29,119 nt of DNA from a virus. Taxonomy: Duplodnaviria > Caudoviricetes. The stretch covers positions 1 through 29,119 of IMG/VR virus record IMGVR_UViG_3300029319_000342; one strand, 5' to 3'. Below the pieces are notes generated by a model. It saw nothing but the letters and a program-made list of their open reading frames with translations, searched no databases and had not been told where the DNA came from. The stretch's first letter is position 1. Every line of letters begins with the position of its first letter. The position numbers and the translations under genes were made by a program. Below, in pieces: positions 6,861 through 17,099 of the stretch.

Positions 6861-9800
6861 TACGTTCTCCTTGCTAATGTTTCTGTTATATCAATATCTC
6901 CGCTTTTAGCAAGTTGAGATCGATCTGTTGGTGATAAAGTTCCTCCGCCTGGTAGTTCTATTGGTGCAATAGGAGTAACAGGAGCTGTTAGATTGCTTTG
7001 ACTACCTATTATAGAGCCAGCATCCGAGGTTTTAGGCCTTGTTACAAGAGGTTGTGACTCTATAATATTGAATGAATCTTTAAATAAACCGCTCACATCA
7101 TCAAATATGTTTGTTCTAAATAGGTTTCTGTATATGCCGTTGGTTATTCTTCTAACTGATCTACTAACATCACTACCATCTCTAGCTCGTGAGTTCTCTG
7201 CCATTCTTTGAAAAGCAAAATCAGATATTTTTATTGGTGTAAAACGATTTCTGAGTAGATTAGCAGCCTCATTTTTAGAGAATCTTTCAGATATTACTCC
7301 TCTAATTTCTCTGTCAGATAAACCTAATATTTTAGCTGCTTGTATTTGTTTAAATAGCTTCTGATCATTTCTTAGTTTAGCTGCGTTTGCTTTGTTGTAT
7401 GCATCGACAATCTCTGCTGATGTGGCATCTGCTCTATAAGCAACACTTGTAAATAATTTTTTAGAATTAGCTAATGCTCTTTTATTATCAGATATTTTAA
7501 AGTTTATACCATCTTGAACAAAAGGGTTTTGAATTCTAAATCCAAGCAAACCAGATGTTTCATTTAAAAACTTATAGCCTCTGTTGTATTGATCTTTCTG
7601 TCCAATGCCTGATAGATACAAACGATGAAACTGTTTGATAGATCCTGGCGAAGCTGTTCTAAATAATTCTTGAAGAGTGTTAGATATTTTTGTTCCTATC
7701 TCATCTTCTGGATTCCATAGTCTTCTGCCCTCTGCAGTAGAACCACCACGAACAAATACATCTGCAAAGAATTGTGTTGCTATTGATTCTTCGACAAAAG
7801 GTGCTGCAAACTTAGTTGCTGCTCTTATGGCTGCATCATCGAAACTTGCAAGAACACCCGCACCTTTGTCTCTTGATTCGTCAAAACCATTCATAGCAGC
7901 TCGAAGAGGCAACGTTAAAATATCGTAAGCGTTAGTGTGAGAAAAATCTATGTAGTATAACTGATTACCTTGTTTAATAGGTATGAGAGTAGAATCCTTA
8001 GACCACTCTGGGAGATATTCTCTCAATGCATTTAATTGTTCGTTAGATACACCAGCAACTAATTGTGCTCCTTCTTCTAATCCTTTACCTAAAGCAACAC
8101 CAAATGTAGCCACTCCTGCAAGTCTAGTTGTTCCAATGCCCAGTGTGTTTGGGTCTTGAATTTCTCTAAGACCTTGTTTTAATGTATTAAAACTAGTACG
8201 AACAATTTCTAGAGGGAAAGATACAAAGTTACCTATAGGAAGTCTTCTTAATGTTTGACCAAACGAACCAATATAATCATAGTTAGGAATATTGTTTTTG
8301 ACTGTGTCTGCAGCTTTTAAATCTATAAATCTATCAAAGCCTTCTTGAGTTCGCATTGAAGCGAGAGCCTCGTCTCTTGTAAGAGTAGGATTTACTCTTG
8401 CAATTTCGTCAGCATAATCATCTAAAAACTTTGCTTGATTTGCTCTGTACATTTTTTCATATACACCTCTAAATTTACGTGACTCAGAATAAAAGTTTTG
8501 TATTTTGTATAAGTCATCCTCCGCTTGATACAGCGTTCTTGCAATTCCACGTGCTTTGTTAAAACCTGTTTTGTCTCCCCATCCACGTAGTATCGTAAAA
8601 ACTTTTCCTGTTTCTGTAAGATTTTGTAGCCCCGCAGTTACTTCATCTAAACTTTGTGTTAGTTCTCCTAATCTTGCACTAGTATTAACGACACCAAGAT
8701 TTTGTAATTTTATGTATTCATCTTTGTAGTTTTCATAGTCATCAGCATTCTTAAAATATTTTCTACCCATATCAGATTCGATCGCACTTTTAGATCTAGC
8801 TGTAACAACTTTGTAAGCTTGTTTAAAATCTTCTGCAAAACGAAGTGGGTTTGTAAAAAAATTACCATTCATACCTGTAAAAGATGCTGCACTGATTATG
8901 TTACGAGCATGTGTGATCGGAGATAAAGTTGTCTTTGCTTCTTGTGTCCACGCTTTTGGCGCAAGAAAAACTTTGTAATACAAGTTAGATAATTCATCTG
9001 CATTTTTCCTTGAATTACTTATGTTTTCTAATGCCTTTGCAATCTCAGGAGTTGTTTTAAAACCGTTCAAAGGACCATCAGAAACAATGGTAGATCCAAA
9101 TTCTAGCCCTCCTTCTCCTATAGGGACAGTTCCAACTTGTTCACCTCTTATTTGTTTTGGTGGCTCAAAGAAAAACCTATTCTTTCCTTTTTTTAATAAC
9201 GTGTTGAAAAAATTTGTGTCAGCTATGTATGTATTTATTTTAGCTGCGGTTCTCATATACTGTTTTATAGGGTCTTTTATCTCACCAAGTAAATCTCTAA
9301 GTGGTTCAGGTATATCCTGTCTTACTTGTTTGATTGCATTATCATACTTGGATACTCTTGCTATGGCACCACCAACGATGCTTTCTTTTTCTTCTGCTAA
9401 TAAATTTTTTAATTCTAGCTCAACAGCTTCTTCAGTCATGTCTTTGTTGTTATTTCTTATATATATTTTTGCTCTGTCTATTATCTCTTGTCCTTCTGGT
9501 GTGTTTCTTAACGTATTAAGCCATTGCTCTCTTTCTACTTTAGTGCCGAACAATCTGTATGATCTTGTCATATATTCACCTATGTTAGCAGCTACAACGT
9601 TTTGAAAATCTGCACCGCCCTTTAAAGTAAAGTTTGGCATTTCAGAAAGAGCCTTACTCATTTCGTCAATAGAATTTCTTATCTTTGTTATTGAAGGTAG
9701 TAACTCTTTTGGTATGTCATCAGGTAAAGCTTTTGCTATTTCTTCTGCTGTCTTTGGAATTTTTGCACCAGTTTTAACATCTACTTTTGCTTTGTATGCA

Positions 9801-11005
9801 CCACTTGTTAGAAAATCATAAATATTTTCCATCATCTTTTCTCTTCTTCGCAGCCCCATTGCGTCTAGTTTATTATATAATTTACCTACATTAGGATCGA
9901 TTGCTTCTTGTACAGCTTTTTCTAAATCTAAGGTTTCTACTCTAACTCTTTCAGCTACAGATCTTAATGTGTTTATCTTTTCTCTGTTAGCTTCAAAGAC
10001 TTCTTTTGGTAAGTTGCCTCTTGCACGGAAAGGAGACAAAACATTTTTATCTACCCATCGCAAAATATTGTTTTTATTAAACTGAAAACCCTCCTCCAAA
10101 GCTGTTTCTTTTAAAACGTTAGCATTTGCTTCTGGGTCAAACTCTAAAAATCTAACATTGTTTTTATTTAAACCTACGTGTTTTAACATACCGGTAAATG
10201 CTGGAACACTACCCTTAAACAAAACTTTACCTGCAGGAAATATAACATTGTCAAACAATGTAAAACCAAGTGCACCTTCAACACCAAACTTAAATTTATT
10301 TTTTAATCTTTTAAAAGCTACTTCACGTCCAGTTGCATTGATGTCATCACTTTCATCATCTGTTTGAGTTGGTCCCACACCAAGTAAATCACCAAGTGTG
10401 CCCATATCACTTGTAGCCACCGCAGCTTCTGCGCCACCTGCAAGTGCAGCTTTTGTAACGTTCGGTCTTCTAGAGATAAAATCTGTTTTACCTGCTAGTT
10501 TACCACCAATACCTCTAGCTTTAATTAATCCATTGGCTGCTTTAAGTGCAACACCCCCAGGCACACCAAACTGTGTAAGAACAGATGTAACTGTGCCGGT
10601 CCATGATTCGTCAGCCTTGTCTTCTAAAGCATCTAAAATTTTATTATCATCAAAATATTTTTCTACTTTTCTTGTTAAGTCAGTCCCTACACCAAGATCA
10701 AGAAGTATAGTTCCAAGAGACAGCGTTCCTTCTGCTATTTTAAAACCACCTTCTCCGACACCTGCAAGACCTGCAGTTACAGGATCTGTTACATACTTTT
10801 CAAAAAAACCTCTTTGATCTTTTTTTGGATTACGAGCTACAGAATTAAAATTTAAGCCAGTATCCATTGGCTTGTCTACTTGAATCACATTTCCCGATGG
10901 ATCTCTGAATACGTTATTTACTATTGTAGTTCTTACAGGATCACCCGGCTTTACGTTTTGAACCTCTACCAGATTTCCTAGAGGATCTCTTATTTTGTCA
11001 GCCAT
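6860..11005 (-). CDS. Large internal virion/DNA-ejection protein (1381 aa)
   Basis: Long helical-type ORF with SD AAGGAG, downstream of three Gly/Ala/Gln-rich genes as expected for podoviral ejection operons. No catalytic motif recognised. Confidence 0.7.
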   Translation of the reverse strand: MADKIRDPLGNLVEVQNVKPGDPVRTTIVNNVFRDPSGNVIQVDKPMDTGLNFNSVARNPKKDQRGFFEKYVTDPVTAGLAGVGEGGFKIAEGTLSLGTILLDLGVGTDLTRKVEKYFDDNKILDALEDKADESWTGTVTSVLTQFGVPGGVALKAANGLIKARGIGGKLAGKTDFISRRPNVTKAALAGGAEAAVATSDMGTLGDLLGVGPTQTDDESDDINATGREVAFKRLKNKFKFGVEGALGFTLFDNVIFPAGKVLFKGSVPAFTGMLKHVGLNKNNVRFLEFDPEANANVLKETALEEGFQFNKNNILRWVDKNVLSPFRARGNLPKEVFEANREKINTLRSVAERVRVETLDLEKAVQEAIDPNVGKLYNKLDAMGLRRREKMMENIYDFLTSGAYKAKVDVKTGAKIPKTAEEIAKALPDDIPKELLPSITKIRNSIDEMSKALSEMPNFTLKGGADFQNVVAANIGEYMTRSYRLFGTKVEREQWLNTLRNTPEGQEIIDRAKIYIRNNNKDMTEEAVELELKNLLAEEKESIVGGAIARVSKYDNAIKQVRQDIPEPLRDLLGEIKDPIKQYMRTAAKINTYIADTNFFNTLLKKGKNRFFFEPPKQIRGEQVGTVPIGEGGLEFGSTIVSDGPLNGFKTTPEIAKALENISNSRKNADELSNLYYKVFLAPKAWTQEAKTTLSPITHARNIISAASFTGMNGNFFTNPLRFAEDFKQAYKVVTARSKSAIESDMGRKYFKNADDYENYKDEYIKLQNLGVVNTSARLGELTQSLDEVTAGLQNLTETGKVFTILRGWGDKTGFNKARGIARTLYQAEDDLYKIQNFYSESRKFRGVYEKMYRANQAKFLDDYADEIARVNPTLTRDEALASMRTQEGFDRFIDLKAADTVKNNIPNYDYIGSFGQTLRRLPIGNFVSFPLEIVRTSFNTLKQGLREIQDPNTLGIGTTRLAGVATFGVALGKGLEEGAQLVAGVSNEQLNALREYLPEWSKDSTLIPIKQGNQLYYIDFSHTNAYDILTLPLRAAMNGFDESRDKGAGVLASFDDAAIRAATKFAAPFVEESIATQFFADVFVRGGSTAEGRRLWNPEDEIGTKISNTLQELFRTASPGSIKQFHRLYLSGIGQKDQYNRGYKFLNETSGLLGFRIQNPFVQDGINFKISDNKRALANSKKLFTSVAYRADATSAEIVDAYNKANAAKLRNDQKLFKQIQAAKILGLSDREIRGVISERFSKNEAANLLRNRFTPIKISDFAFQRMAENSRARDGSDVSRSVRRITNGIYRNLFRTNIFDDVSGLFKDSFNIIESQPLVTRPKTSDAGSIIGSQSNLTAPVTPIAPIELPGGGTLSPTDRSQLAKSGDIDITETLARRT

Positions 11006-11014
11006 AATCTCTCC

Positions 11015-12127
11015 TTATGGTTTTGGAAATATTTGTCCCTTAAAGTAAACCATTGTCCCTGAAGGTAAGGATTCATATAATTCTTTTCCGTCTGCAGTGT
11101 CCGGTATTTCTTTAGCATTGTAATACTCGTACTGATTAGCTGCATAAGCTTGTATTAGTGATTCATCAGAAATATTAGGATTAATTTTTTTATTGTTTTC
11201 GTCATAGTTTGAAGCTGTAATACTTGCTACAAGATTGGGATCAGCTATAATTTGTTGAATCTGATTAGTTATAAACTCACCCGGTGTTAGTTTTTGTGCT
11301 TGAGATCTTATTTGTGCTTCTGCAATATCACCTGCAATTTTCTTTTCTTCTAATTTTCTATCCTCTGCAGATTCAAATGCTTCAACACCTGACTCAATAC
11401 CAGCTTTCTTAATGGCTGCAGCTCTATCTGCTAATTGATTACCTAGTTTAGCAAATTCTTTCAAAGGTTCTTTTGCAGATTCTGCAATAGCTTCTACTAA
11501 ATTACCTCTCTTTGTAGCTAGTTCTAAACCAAACTGTATCATGGCATTGTATCCTGCACTCTTTGTTTTCTTTCTTGTGTCATCACCAATATATTTTTCA
11601 AACAAGTCTATACGTTCTTTTATGAAATCATCTAAATCACCACCTTGAATATTTTTACCTGTTGCATCTGCTGCGGTGTCAGTTGCTTTTTGTTTTTCAT
11701 CTTTTATAATGCCCGCTTTTTCAGCTTCTCCTATCGTCATTCCTGCAGGTCCACCCGGTTGTGGTTCTACTGGACCACCTGATCCTGCTGGTGGTGGTTC
11801 AGTGCTTTGTTCAGCACTATCTGTTAAGGCGTCATAGGCTAAACCAGCTCCACCTAAAACAGCAGACTGTCCTGCTATGTTTCTAAAAGTAGGTCTAAAT
11901 ATTCCTGGCGTTCTTCCTCCCCCCATTCCAAGAGCCTCTATGCCTTTTTTGGATGGGTCAAATCTAAAACCTCTAACGTTTACAGGTCCTTGAATCGGTC
12001 TAGATCTAGCCCCTGTAAAATAGTTTTTTAAATTTCTTGGATTAACAACGGCTCTAGCGCCTCTTATTGCGTAAGGTGCAGCTCTTAGGGCTAATCCTGC
12101 TATCCCTGCTACTATTGGAAGAACCAT
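11015..12127 (-). CDS. Probable internal virion/ejection protein (370 aa)
   Basis: Hydrophobic Gly/Ala N-terminus, Pro/Gly linker, helical core; TAATG coupling with upstream GGAGG SD. Confidence 0.65.
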   Translation of the reverse strand: MVLPIVAGIAGLALRAAPYAIRGARAVVNPRNLKNYFTGARSRPIQGPVNVRGFRFDPSKKGIEALGMGGGRTPGIFRPTFRNIAGQSAVLGGAGLAYDALTDSAEQSTEPPPAGSGGPVEPQPGGPAGMTIGEAEKAGIIKDEKQKATDTAADATGKNIQGGDLDDFIKERIDLFEKYIGDDTRKKTKSAGYNAMIQFGLELATKRGNLVEAIAESAKEPLKEFAKLGNQLADRAAAIKKAGIESGVEAFESAEDRKLEEKKIAGDIAEAQIRSQAQKLTPGEFITNQIQQIIADPNLVASITASNYDENNKKINPNISDESLIQAYAANQYEYYNAKEIPDTADGKELYESLPSGTMVYFKGQIFPKP

Positions 12128-13155
12128 TAATTACCTCCAAATGCACTAAAAGCGTCTGATATACCTCCAAAGCCTTGACCAAACTGACCAAGAGCACCAA
12201 TACCAGCAATACCAAGACCAAGAGCTTGTGCAAATGGATTGACAGAAGGCTGTTGAGTGAACTGAATTGCACTACTTGGAGTGCCTCGTAAAATGTCACT
12301 AGCAAATGTTAGTCTTCTAAACGGCTCTTGTTGAGCTTCTAGTTGTTGTCTTCTTTGAGCTTCTAGTTGAGCTTGTCCTAATTGCTGTTGAATACCACCA
12401 ACACCTAGAAGAGATTGTACATCTGCCTGTCCTAGTTGTTGAGTGAGAGCACCAAGACCAGCTTGTCTTTGTCCAAGACTAGCAAGACCTTGACCTGTGG
12501 CACCTAATTGCTGTGCTGCAGCCAACTGCCTTCTTTGTTGTGCTTCTTGTGCACCCATTGCAGCACGTTGTGCTTGTTGAAAATTTCGTGATAAGTCTTC
12601 AAATATTCTTCTTGATTTTATGTCCTGTAAATTACGACCTAGTTCTGCTTCTTGCACACCAAAACGTGAGCCACCAAAAGCTCCTGCTCTTTGTGCTTGC
12701 GTTGCTAAATTAGACTGTGCAATTTGAGCTTGACGATCAAATTCTGCTAAAGCTTGTTGTGTAACGTTTTGTTGGTACGGGTCCATGAAACGTTGTGATT
12801 GTGTTGGATCAAATGCTTGCGTTGCACCGAGAGCCTGTTGCCCTGCTCCTGTTAAAGCAGCACCTGCAAGACCTAGAGTGCCTCCTGCTTGTTGTAAAGC
12901 AGGTTGAAAAGCCCCGACGTTTTGACTTGCTAATCCAAAAGCTCTTGTTTGTTCAGGTGTAAAACCTGCAAACTGAAATGCTGGAATATTTTGAGCAATA
13001 CCTGCTCGACCAAACTTACGTAGATTAAAATCAGCATCGCTTTCTCCTGCTCTCTTTACTGCATTTGGATCACCAAACACAGACGCAAGTAATTGCTCTG
13101 CTCTTCTCTCAATAAAAGGAGCCTGTTGCGTTCGTTGTATTACTTCATCAACCAT
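12127..13155 (-). CDS. Probable DNA transfer/pilot-like ejection protein (342 aa)
   Basis: Gln/Ala/Gly-rich amphipathic sequence with MDPYQQNV and GAFGGSR, and a C-terminal glycine-zipper (ALGLGIAGIGALG). Confidence 0.7.
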   Translation of the reverse strand: MVDEVIQRTQQAPFIERRAEQLLASVFGDPNAVKRAGESDADFNLRKFGRAGIAQNIPAFQFAGFTPEQTRAFGLASQNVGAFQPALQQAGGTLGLAGAALTGAGQQALGATQAFDPTQSQRFMDPYQQNVTQQALAEFDRQAQIAQSNLATQAQRAGAFGGSRFGVQEAELGRNLQDIKSRRIFEDLSRNFQQAQRAAMGAQEAQQRRQLAAAQQLGATGQGLASLGQRQAGLGALTQQLGQADVQSLLGVGGIQQQLGQAQLEAQRRQQLEAQQEPFRRLTFASDILRGTPSSAIQFTQQPSVNPFAQALGLGIAGIGALGQFGQGFGGISDAFSAFGGN

Positions 13156-13994
13156 TATGCTCTATCTCCATATTTTCTTTGTAAACTATACAAGAATTTT
13201 GATCCTCTGTCTCTACTCTCTTTTGTTCCTTCACCACCCATAGCTCGTCCAAGTCCTCTTACAGTTTTTGCATTAATAACAAATTCACCATCACTTAACA
13301 TTGCTGGTATGTCATCACTTGTTTCTGTTCCCGGTCCTGCTATCTTACCATTTTTACGTGGGAAACCACCATCTTTTAATCCGGCTTCTTTTAATCCATT
13401 TATTTCTCCACCCATGGCTCTGTTTAATAAATTAGGTCCGTATTGAGAAAATGGCACTGTTGTTACACCACCTACGCCAGCGTCATCTAAATCTTTAAGT
13501 GGGTCCATTGTTCCGTATACATCTTCAAACTGTGATCTTCTATTTTCTTCTTCACCTAAACCACCTGCAGCTCCTGCTAACGCTGACAAGCCAAGTGCTG
13601 TTTTTATAGGATTAGCTTTTGCAAAATTAACTATTGATCCTAGCACGCCAGGTTCTTGAACCGCCCCTTTCATGATTGCATCTCGAAGTAAAACTTTATT
13701 ACCACCCTGAGCTGCTTGAATAATGTTAGATGGCACTGGTGTTGACGTGGCTTTGGTAAATAAACCCCCTAGTCCTTGTCCACCTTGTAATCCACCAAAT
13801 CTGCCTAATGCTCCTCCTGCTAATCCAGATAATGCTGCAAATTTAAGTGCCTCTTGAGGGCTTTTACCTGCAACTAAACTACCAAGACCACCACCAATAG
13901 CAGATCCTAATACAGGTCCACCAGCTAGAAATCCTAGTCCTGCACCGATAATTGGGGCTGCTTTTTTTGCAGCTTTAAATATTTTTTTTAGCAT
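13155..13994 (-). CDS. Probable internal virion protein with N-terminal glycine zipper and C-terminal GPGTxTSDxIPAMLSDGEFV domain
   Basis: Start revised to ATG 13994 (MLKKIFK) because AAGGAGAG lies just upstream. The C-terminal motif is familiar from phage tail/tape-measure-type proteins. Confidence 0.7.
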   Translation of the reverse strand: MLKKIFKAAKKAAPIIGAGLGFLAGGPVLGSAIGGGLGSLVAGKSPQEALKFAALSGLAGGALGRFGGLQGGQGLGGLFTKATSTPVPSNIIQAAQGGNKVLLRDAIMKGAVQEPGVLGSIVNFAKANPIKTALGLSALAGAAGGLGEEENRRSQFEDVYGTMDPLKDLDDAGVGGVTTVPFSQYGPNLLNRAMGGEINGLKEAGLKDGGFPRKNGKIAGPGTETSDDIPAMLSDGEFVINAKTVRGLGRAMGGEGTKESRDRGSKFLYSLQRKYGDRA

Positions 13995-13997
13995 GCT

Positions 13998-14034
13998 CTC
14001 CTTCTGCAAATCATGATTGTTTTAGTGCAAGGAG
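13998..14034 (-). promoter_or_regulatory. Leader hairpin able to sequester the SD of the 13994 gene
   Basis: - strand CTCCTTGCA...TGCAGAAGGAG is complementary, with the 10-bp palindrome AATCATGATT (14009-14018) inside. Confidence 0.45.
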
Positions 14035-14069
14035 GCTGGCCTTGTAAGTTAAGCCTATTTAATTGTATA

Positions 14070-14098
14070 TTTATAGGCAAATTATTGCTATATGACAA
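14070..14098 (-). promoter_or_regulatory. Sigma70-like promoter for the ejection-protein operon
   Basis: - strand TTGTCA-N17-TATAAA in a divergent intergenic region. Confidence 0.55.
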
Positions 14099-14121
14099 TA
14101 AAAAAAGAATGAGGTGTTCCC

Positions 14122-14814
14122 ATGGAGGAAGTTAAAAAAGAAATTAAATTAAAGTTTGATGCAATTAGACCGTTTGGCCCTACTGTGGTTAAGGGTAAAG
14201 TGCCTGATTTTATTCTGAATATAGTAAATAAAAAGTGTGATGAGATACTTGGAGACCCAAAATTAGCTAAACAATGGGATTGGTCTCCTAATTTAGCAGG
14301 TAATGTTAAACAAGAAGTTCGTTTGCCACCCGAGTGGATAGATGGTGACGGTCAACAATTAGTTTTTTTAATTGGTGAAATGGTTAAATCTTATTTATCT
14401 ATACCACCAGCTAGCGAAACATTAGCACCAGAAAAAATTGACAAGATGGTTATAGAATCTATGTGGGCCGTGAGCCAATGGTCAGGAGACTTTAATCCTG
14501 CACACATGCACGATGGTGATTTATCTGGTGTATTCTATACTAAAATGCCGGACAGCATTGAAAAAGAGAGAGCGGCTGAAGATCACTATCCTAGTGTAGG
14601 AGATATTCTTTTTATGTGCGGTGATCCTAAAACTTTTAGTGGTCACAAATTACAACACCCACCAGAAGTGGGCGACATATTTATGTTTCCATCTTGGTTG
14701 ACTCATATGGTTTATCCATTTAGAACACCAAACGAAGAAAGAAGATCTGTATCATTTAATTTAAGATTAGTACCAAAGGACGCAACACTTACCGTTGATG
14801 ACAAAAATATTTAA
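14122..14814 (+). CDS. Putative 2OG-Fe(II) oxygenase, HxH type (TIGR02466/2OG-FeII_Oxy_5-like)
   Basis: NPAHMH..LSGVFY...FPSWLTHMVYPF...RRSVSFN; SD GAGGTG. Confidence 0.85.
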   Translation: MEEVKKEIKLKFDAIRPFGPTVVKGKVPDFILNIVNKKCDEILGDPKLAKQWDWSPNLAGNVKQEVRLPPEWIDGDGQQLVFLIGEMVKSYLSIPPASETLAPEKIDKMVIESMWAVSQWSGDFNPAHMHDGDLSGVFYTKMPDSIEKERAAEDHYPSVGDILFMCGDPKTFSGHKLQHPPEVGDIFMFPSWLTHMVYPFRTPNEERRSVSFNLRLVPKDATLTVDDKNI

Positions 14815-15427
14815 AACTACAGTCTTCACTGAAGATTTTTACAGTTTTGTAATACCTGATTTTCAAAATATTGAAAAACAGATAAAACAAATAGTTTTGG
14901 TTGAAGACAATAAAAAAATTCATGGAGTTGATACCTCAGCTAACACCACAATTGATGATAATAAAAAAAGACAAAACAGAACTGGTTGGAACTCTCATCA
15001 ACGATATCCTGCATTAAACAATGTTTGCAAAATTATTTCTCATAAAATACGAGATTTTGTAGATGAAGAGGGCTACGATGTTCCAGGTCTTTTAGTCGAT
15101 GACTGTTGGATTAATTGGTATGGTAAGGGACACAATTCTTTTCCTCATCACCACAGTGCACATATATCAGCAGTTTTATTTGTAGACGTCGAAACAAGTA
15201 ATGCATCTTTTTGTTTTCACGGTAATAGAAATTTAGTGTTACACAAAAAAACAGATCAAAATGTAAATTATAGTAATATTGTAAGTTTAAAAGCAACAAA
15301 TGGCACTGTAATTTTTTTTGATGGGCATTTGTTACACTCTGTAACACCAAATATGACAGACAATACTAGAATTACTGTAGCTATAAATTATTCAGTAGAT
15401 TATCGCAGAACTGCAAATGAATATTAA
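14798..15427 (+). CDS. Putative 2OG-Fe(II) oxygenase, HxH type
   Basis: WINWY...PHHH..ISAVLF...FDGHLLHSVTPN...RITVAIN. Confidence 0.8.
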   Translation: MTKIFKTTVFTEDFYSFVIPDFQNIEKQIKQIVLVEDNKKIHGVDTSANTTIDDNKKRQNRTGWNSHQRYPALNNVCKIISHKIRDFVDEEGYDVPGLLVDDCWINWYGKGHNSFPHHHSAHISAVLFVDVETSNASFCFHGNRNLVLHKKTDQNVNYSNIVSLKATNGTVIFFDGHLLHSVTPNMTDNTRITVAINYSVDYRRTANEY

Positions 15428-15689
15428 AAAAGTTCCCATGGTAAGAATTACTTGGCTTGACGCTCGTGATATGGAAACCGGTTGGCTTCCTATAAAAGAT
15501 ATAATTAATGCGCCGTTGGCCGTGTGCCAAGAAGTTGGTTACATGGTTGTAAACAATGAAGACAAGATTGTTATTATGCGATCTTGGTGCGTAGACAAAG
15601 ATGATGACCATGGTGGTGGAGCAATAGCTATACCAAGAGGCTGGGTAAGAAAAATAGAATATTTACAAGTAGAATATGCAACACAATGA
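15417..15689 (+). CDS. Conserved-looking phage hypothetical protein (90 aa)
   Basis: VRITWLDA...GW...VGY...IPRGWVRKI; overlaps both neighbours. Confidence 0.7.
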   Translation: MNIKKVPMVRITWLDARDMETGWLPIKDIINAPLAVCQEVGYMVVNNEDKIVIMRSWCVDKDDDHGGGAIAIPRGWVRKIEYLQVEYATQ

Positions 15690-16534
15690 AGATGCCTGAT
15701 TTACACGTTTTAGATGGAGGGGTTGGTAAACACATAATGTTTACTGCTTTAATCGACAAGTTGTACGAAAAAAACAAACAAAAATTAGTTATTAATTCTG
15801 CTTATCCAGAAATATTTACTTACTCACCATATGTTGCAGATTCAAGAACAATGATAAATGAAATTATTTTTGACACTTACTACAATTATTTTAGAAACTA
15901 TGACAAAATTTTTCATTATGATCCTTACAAAAGTGATTTTTTAAAAGGACAAAAACATGTTTTAAAAAAATGGGCTGAGATGTATGAAATAGAATTAGAA
16001 AACTACAGACCAAATTTTGCAATAAATACTGAAAGAGAAGTTGAATTATTGCCTCACATACAAAAAATAAATAAATTTGTTTTATTACAATTTACAGGTG
16101 GACAAGGAGTCATGACAAATCATTATGACAAAAACAATTTTGGAAGAAATTATAAATATGGTCAAGATTTAATATACTTGTTGCAAGAGCAATATCCTAC
16201 ACACATTTTTATTGTGTTTGGTCATGATAATGAAAGATCAGAATACATTGGTGAAACAAAATTTAATGATCAAGGTGGCTCTCCTTTATTTAAAAACAGA
16301 GAAGATTTTATGATATTGTCTAAATATTGTGATTTTTTTATAGCCATTGATAGCGCCTTACATCACATGTGCGCTAATAGAACTTTCAATAAAAAAGGTT
16401 TAGTGTTGTGGGGAACAACCAAACCAGAAATTTTTGGGTATCCTGATTTAACAAACATGATTTCTGAGTATCCATATTGTGTAGAAATTTCCCCAGATAA
16501 AATAGTTGAAGCTAGTATTAAATTAAATGACTGA
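15686..16534 (+). CDS. GT-B glycosyltransferase, GT9/heptosyltransferase-like
   Basis: N-terminal GGVGKHIMFT (cf. GxGD) and C-terminal FIAIDSALHHM...VLWGTTKP..FGY. Confidence 0.7.
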   Translation: MKMPDLHVLDGGVGKHIMFTALIDKLYEKNKQKLVINSAYPEIFTYSPYVADSRTMINEIIFDTYYNYFRNYDKIFHYDPYKSDFLKGQKHVLKKWAEMYEIELENYRPNFAINTEREVELLPHIQKINKFVLLQFTGGQGVMTNHYDKNNFGRNYKYGQDLIYLLQEQYPTHIFIVFGHDNERSEYIGETKFNDQGGSPLFKNREDFMILSKYCDFFIAIDSALHHMCANRTFNKKGLVLWGTTKPEIFGYPDLTNMISEYPYCVEISPDKIVEASIKLND

Positions 16535-17099
16535 TAACACTCTAAATGTTTTGTCTATAGACACTGATTATGTGCAATCTCCAAGACATTTTAACGACAT
16601 AATTAAATTTTTTCTTAATTATATAAATGACTTAGATGTTAAGAATATTGTTTTTTCTCAAGTACATGCAAATATATTTTACACACTTGACCCTCTTTGT
16701 AAAAGAAAACAATTAATTGATTTAGTTACAATAGATCATCATCATGATATTTGGTACCAACAAGTTCCAATTAATTCTTACAATTCAGGAAACTGGCTTG
16801 GATACTATTTAAATAAAAAAAATTTTATTAACAGCGCATATTGGCTAGCAAACTATGACTCAGATAGAAATAATCATAATGATTTAGTTACAATAACCTA
16901 TGATATAAATGAAGTTAAATTTAAAAAATTTGATTACGTATTCGTCTGTAACTCTCCTAATTATTCAAATATATTAAGTGAAGCAGCTTTTGAAACTTTA
17001 ATAAATATTGTGAAACATACAAAAGAGTGTGAAAAATTTAATTTTTACAAACCAAATTTAGTTAATCATTTTTCAAAGGAGATAATAATTAATGACTAA
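16527..17099 (+). CDS. Hypothetical metal-binding protein, arginase/UPF0489-like motifs
   Basis: LSIDTDY, H..I, IDHHHD, GNWL, CNSPNY. Confidence 0.5.
   Translation: MTDNTLNVLSIDTDYVQSPRHFNDIIKFFLNYINDLDVKNIVFSQVHANIFYTLDPLCKRKQLIDLVTIDHHHDIWYQQVPINSYNSGNWLGYYLNKKNFINSAYWLANYDSDRNNHNDLVTITYDINEVKFKKFDYVFVCNSPNYSNILSEAAFETLINIVKHTKECEKFNFYKPNLVNHFSKEIIIND

Noticed and set aside
5821-10817. Long + strand ORFs (5821-6354, 9021-9605, 10398-10817 and others)
   Set aside because: Antisense shadows of well-supported - strand genes, with no SD and no recognisable motifs.
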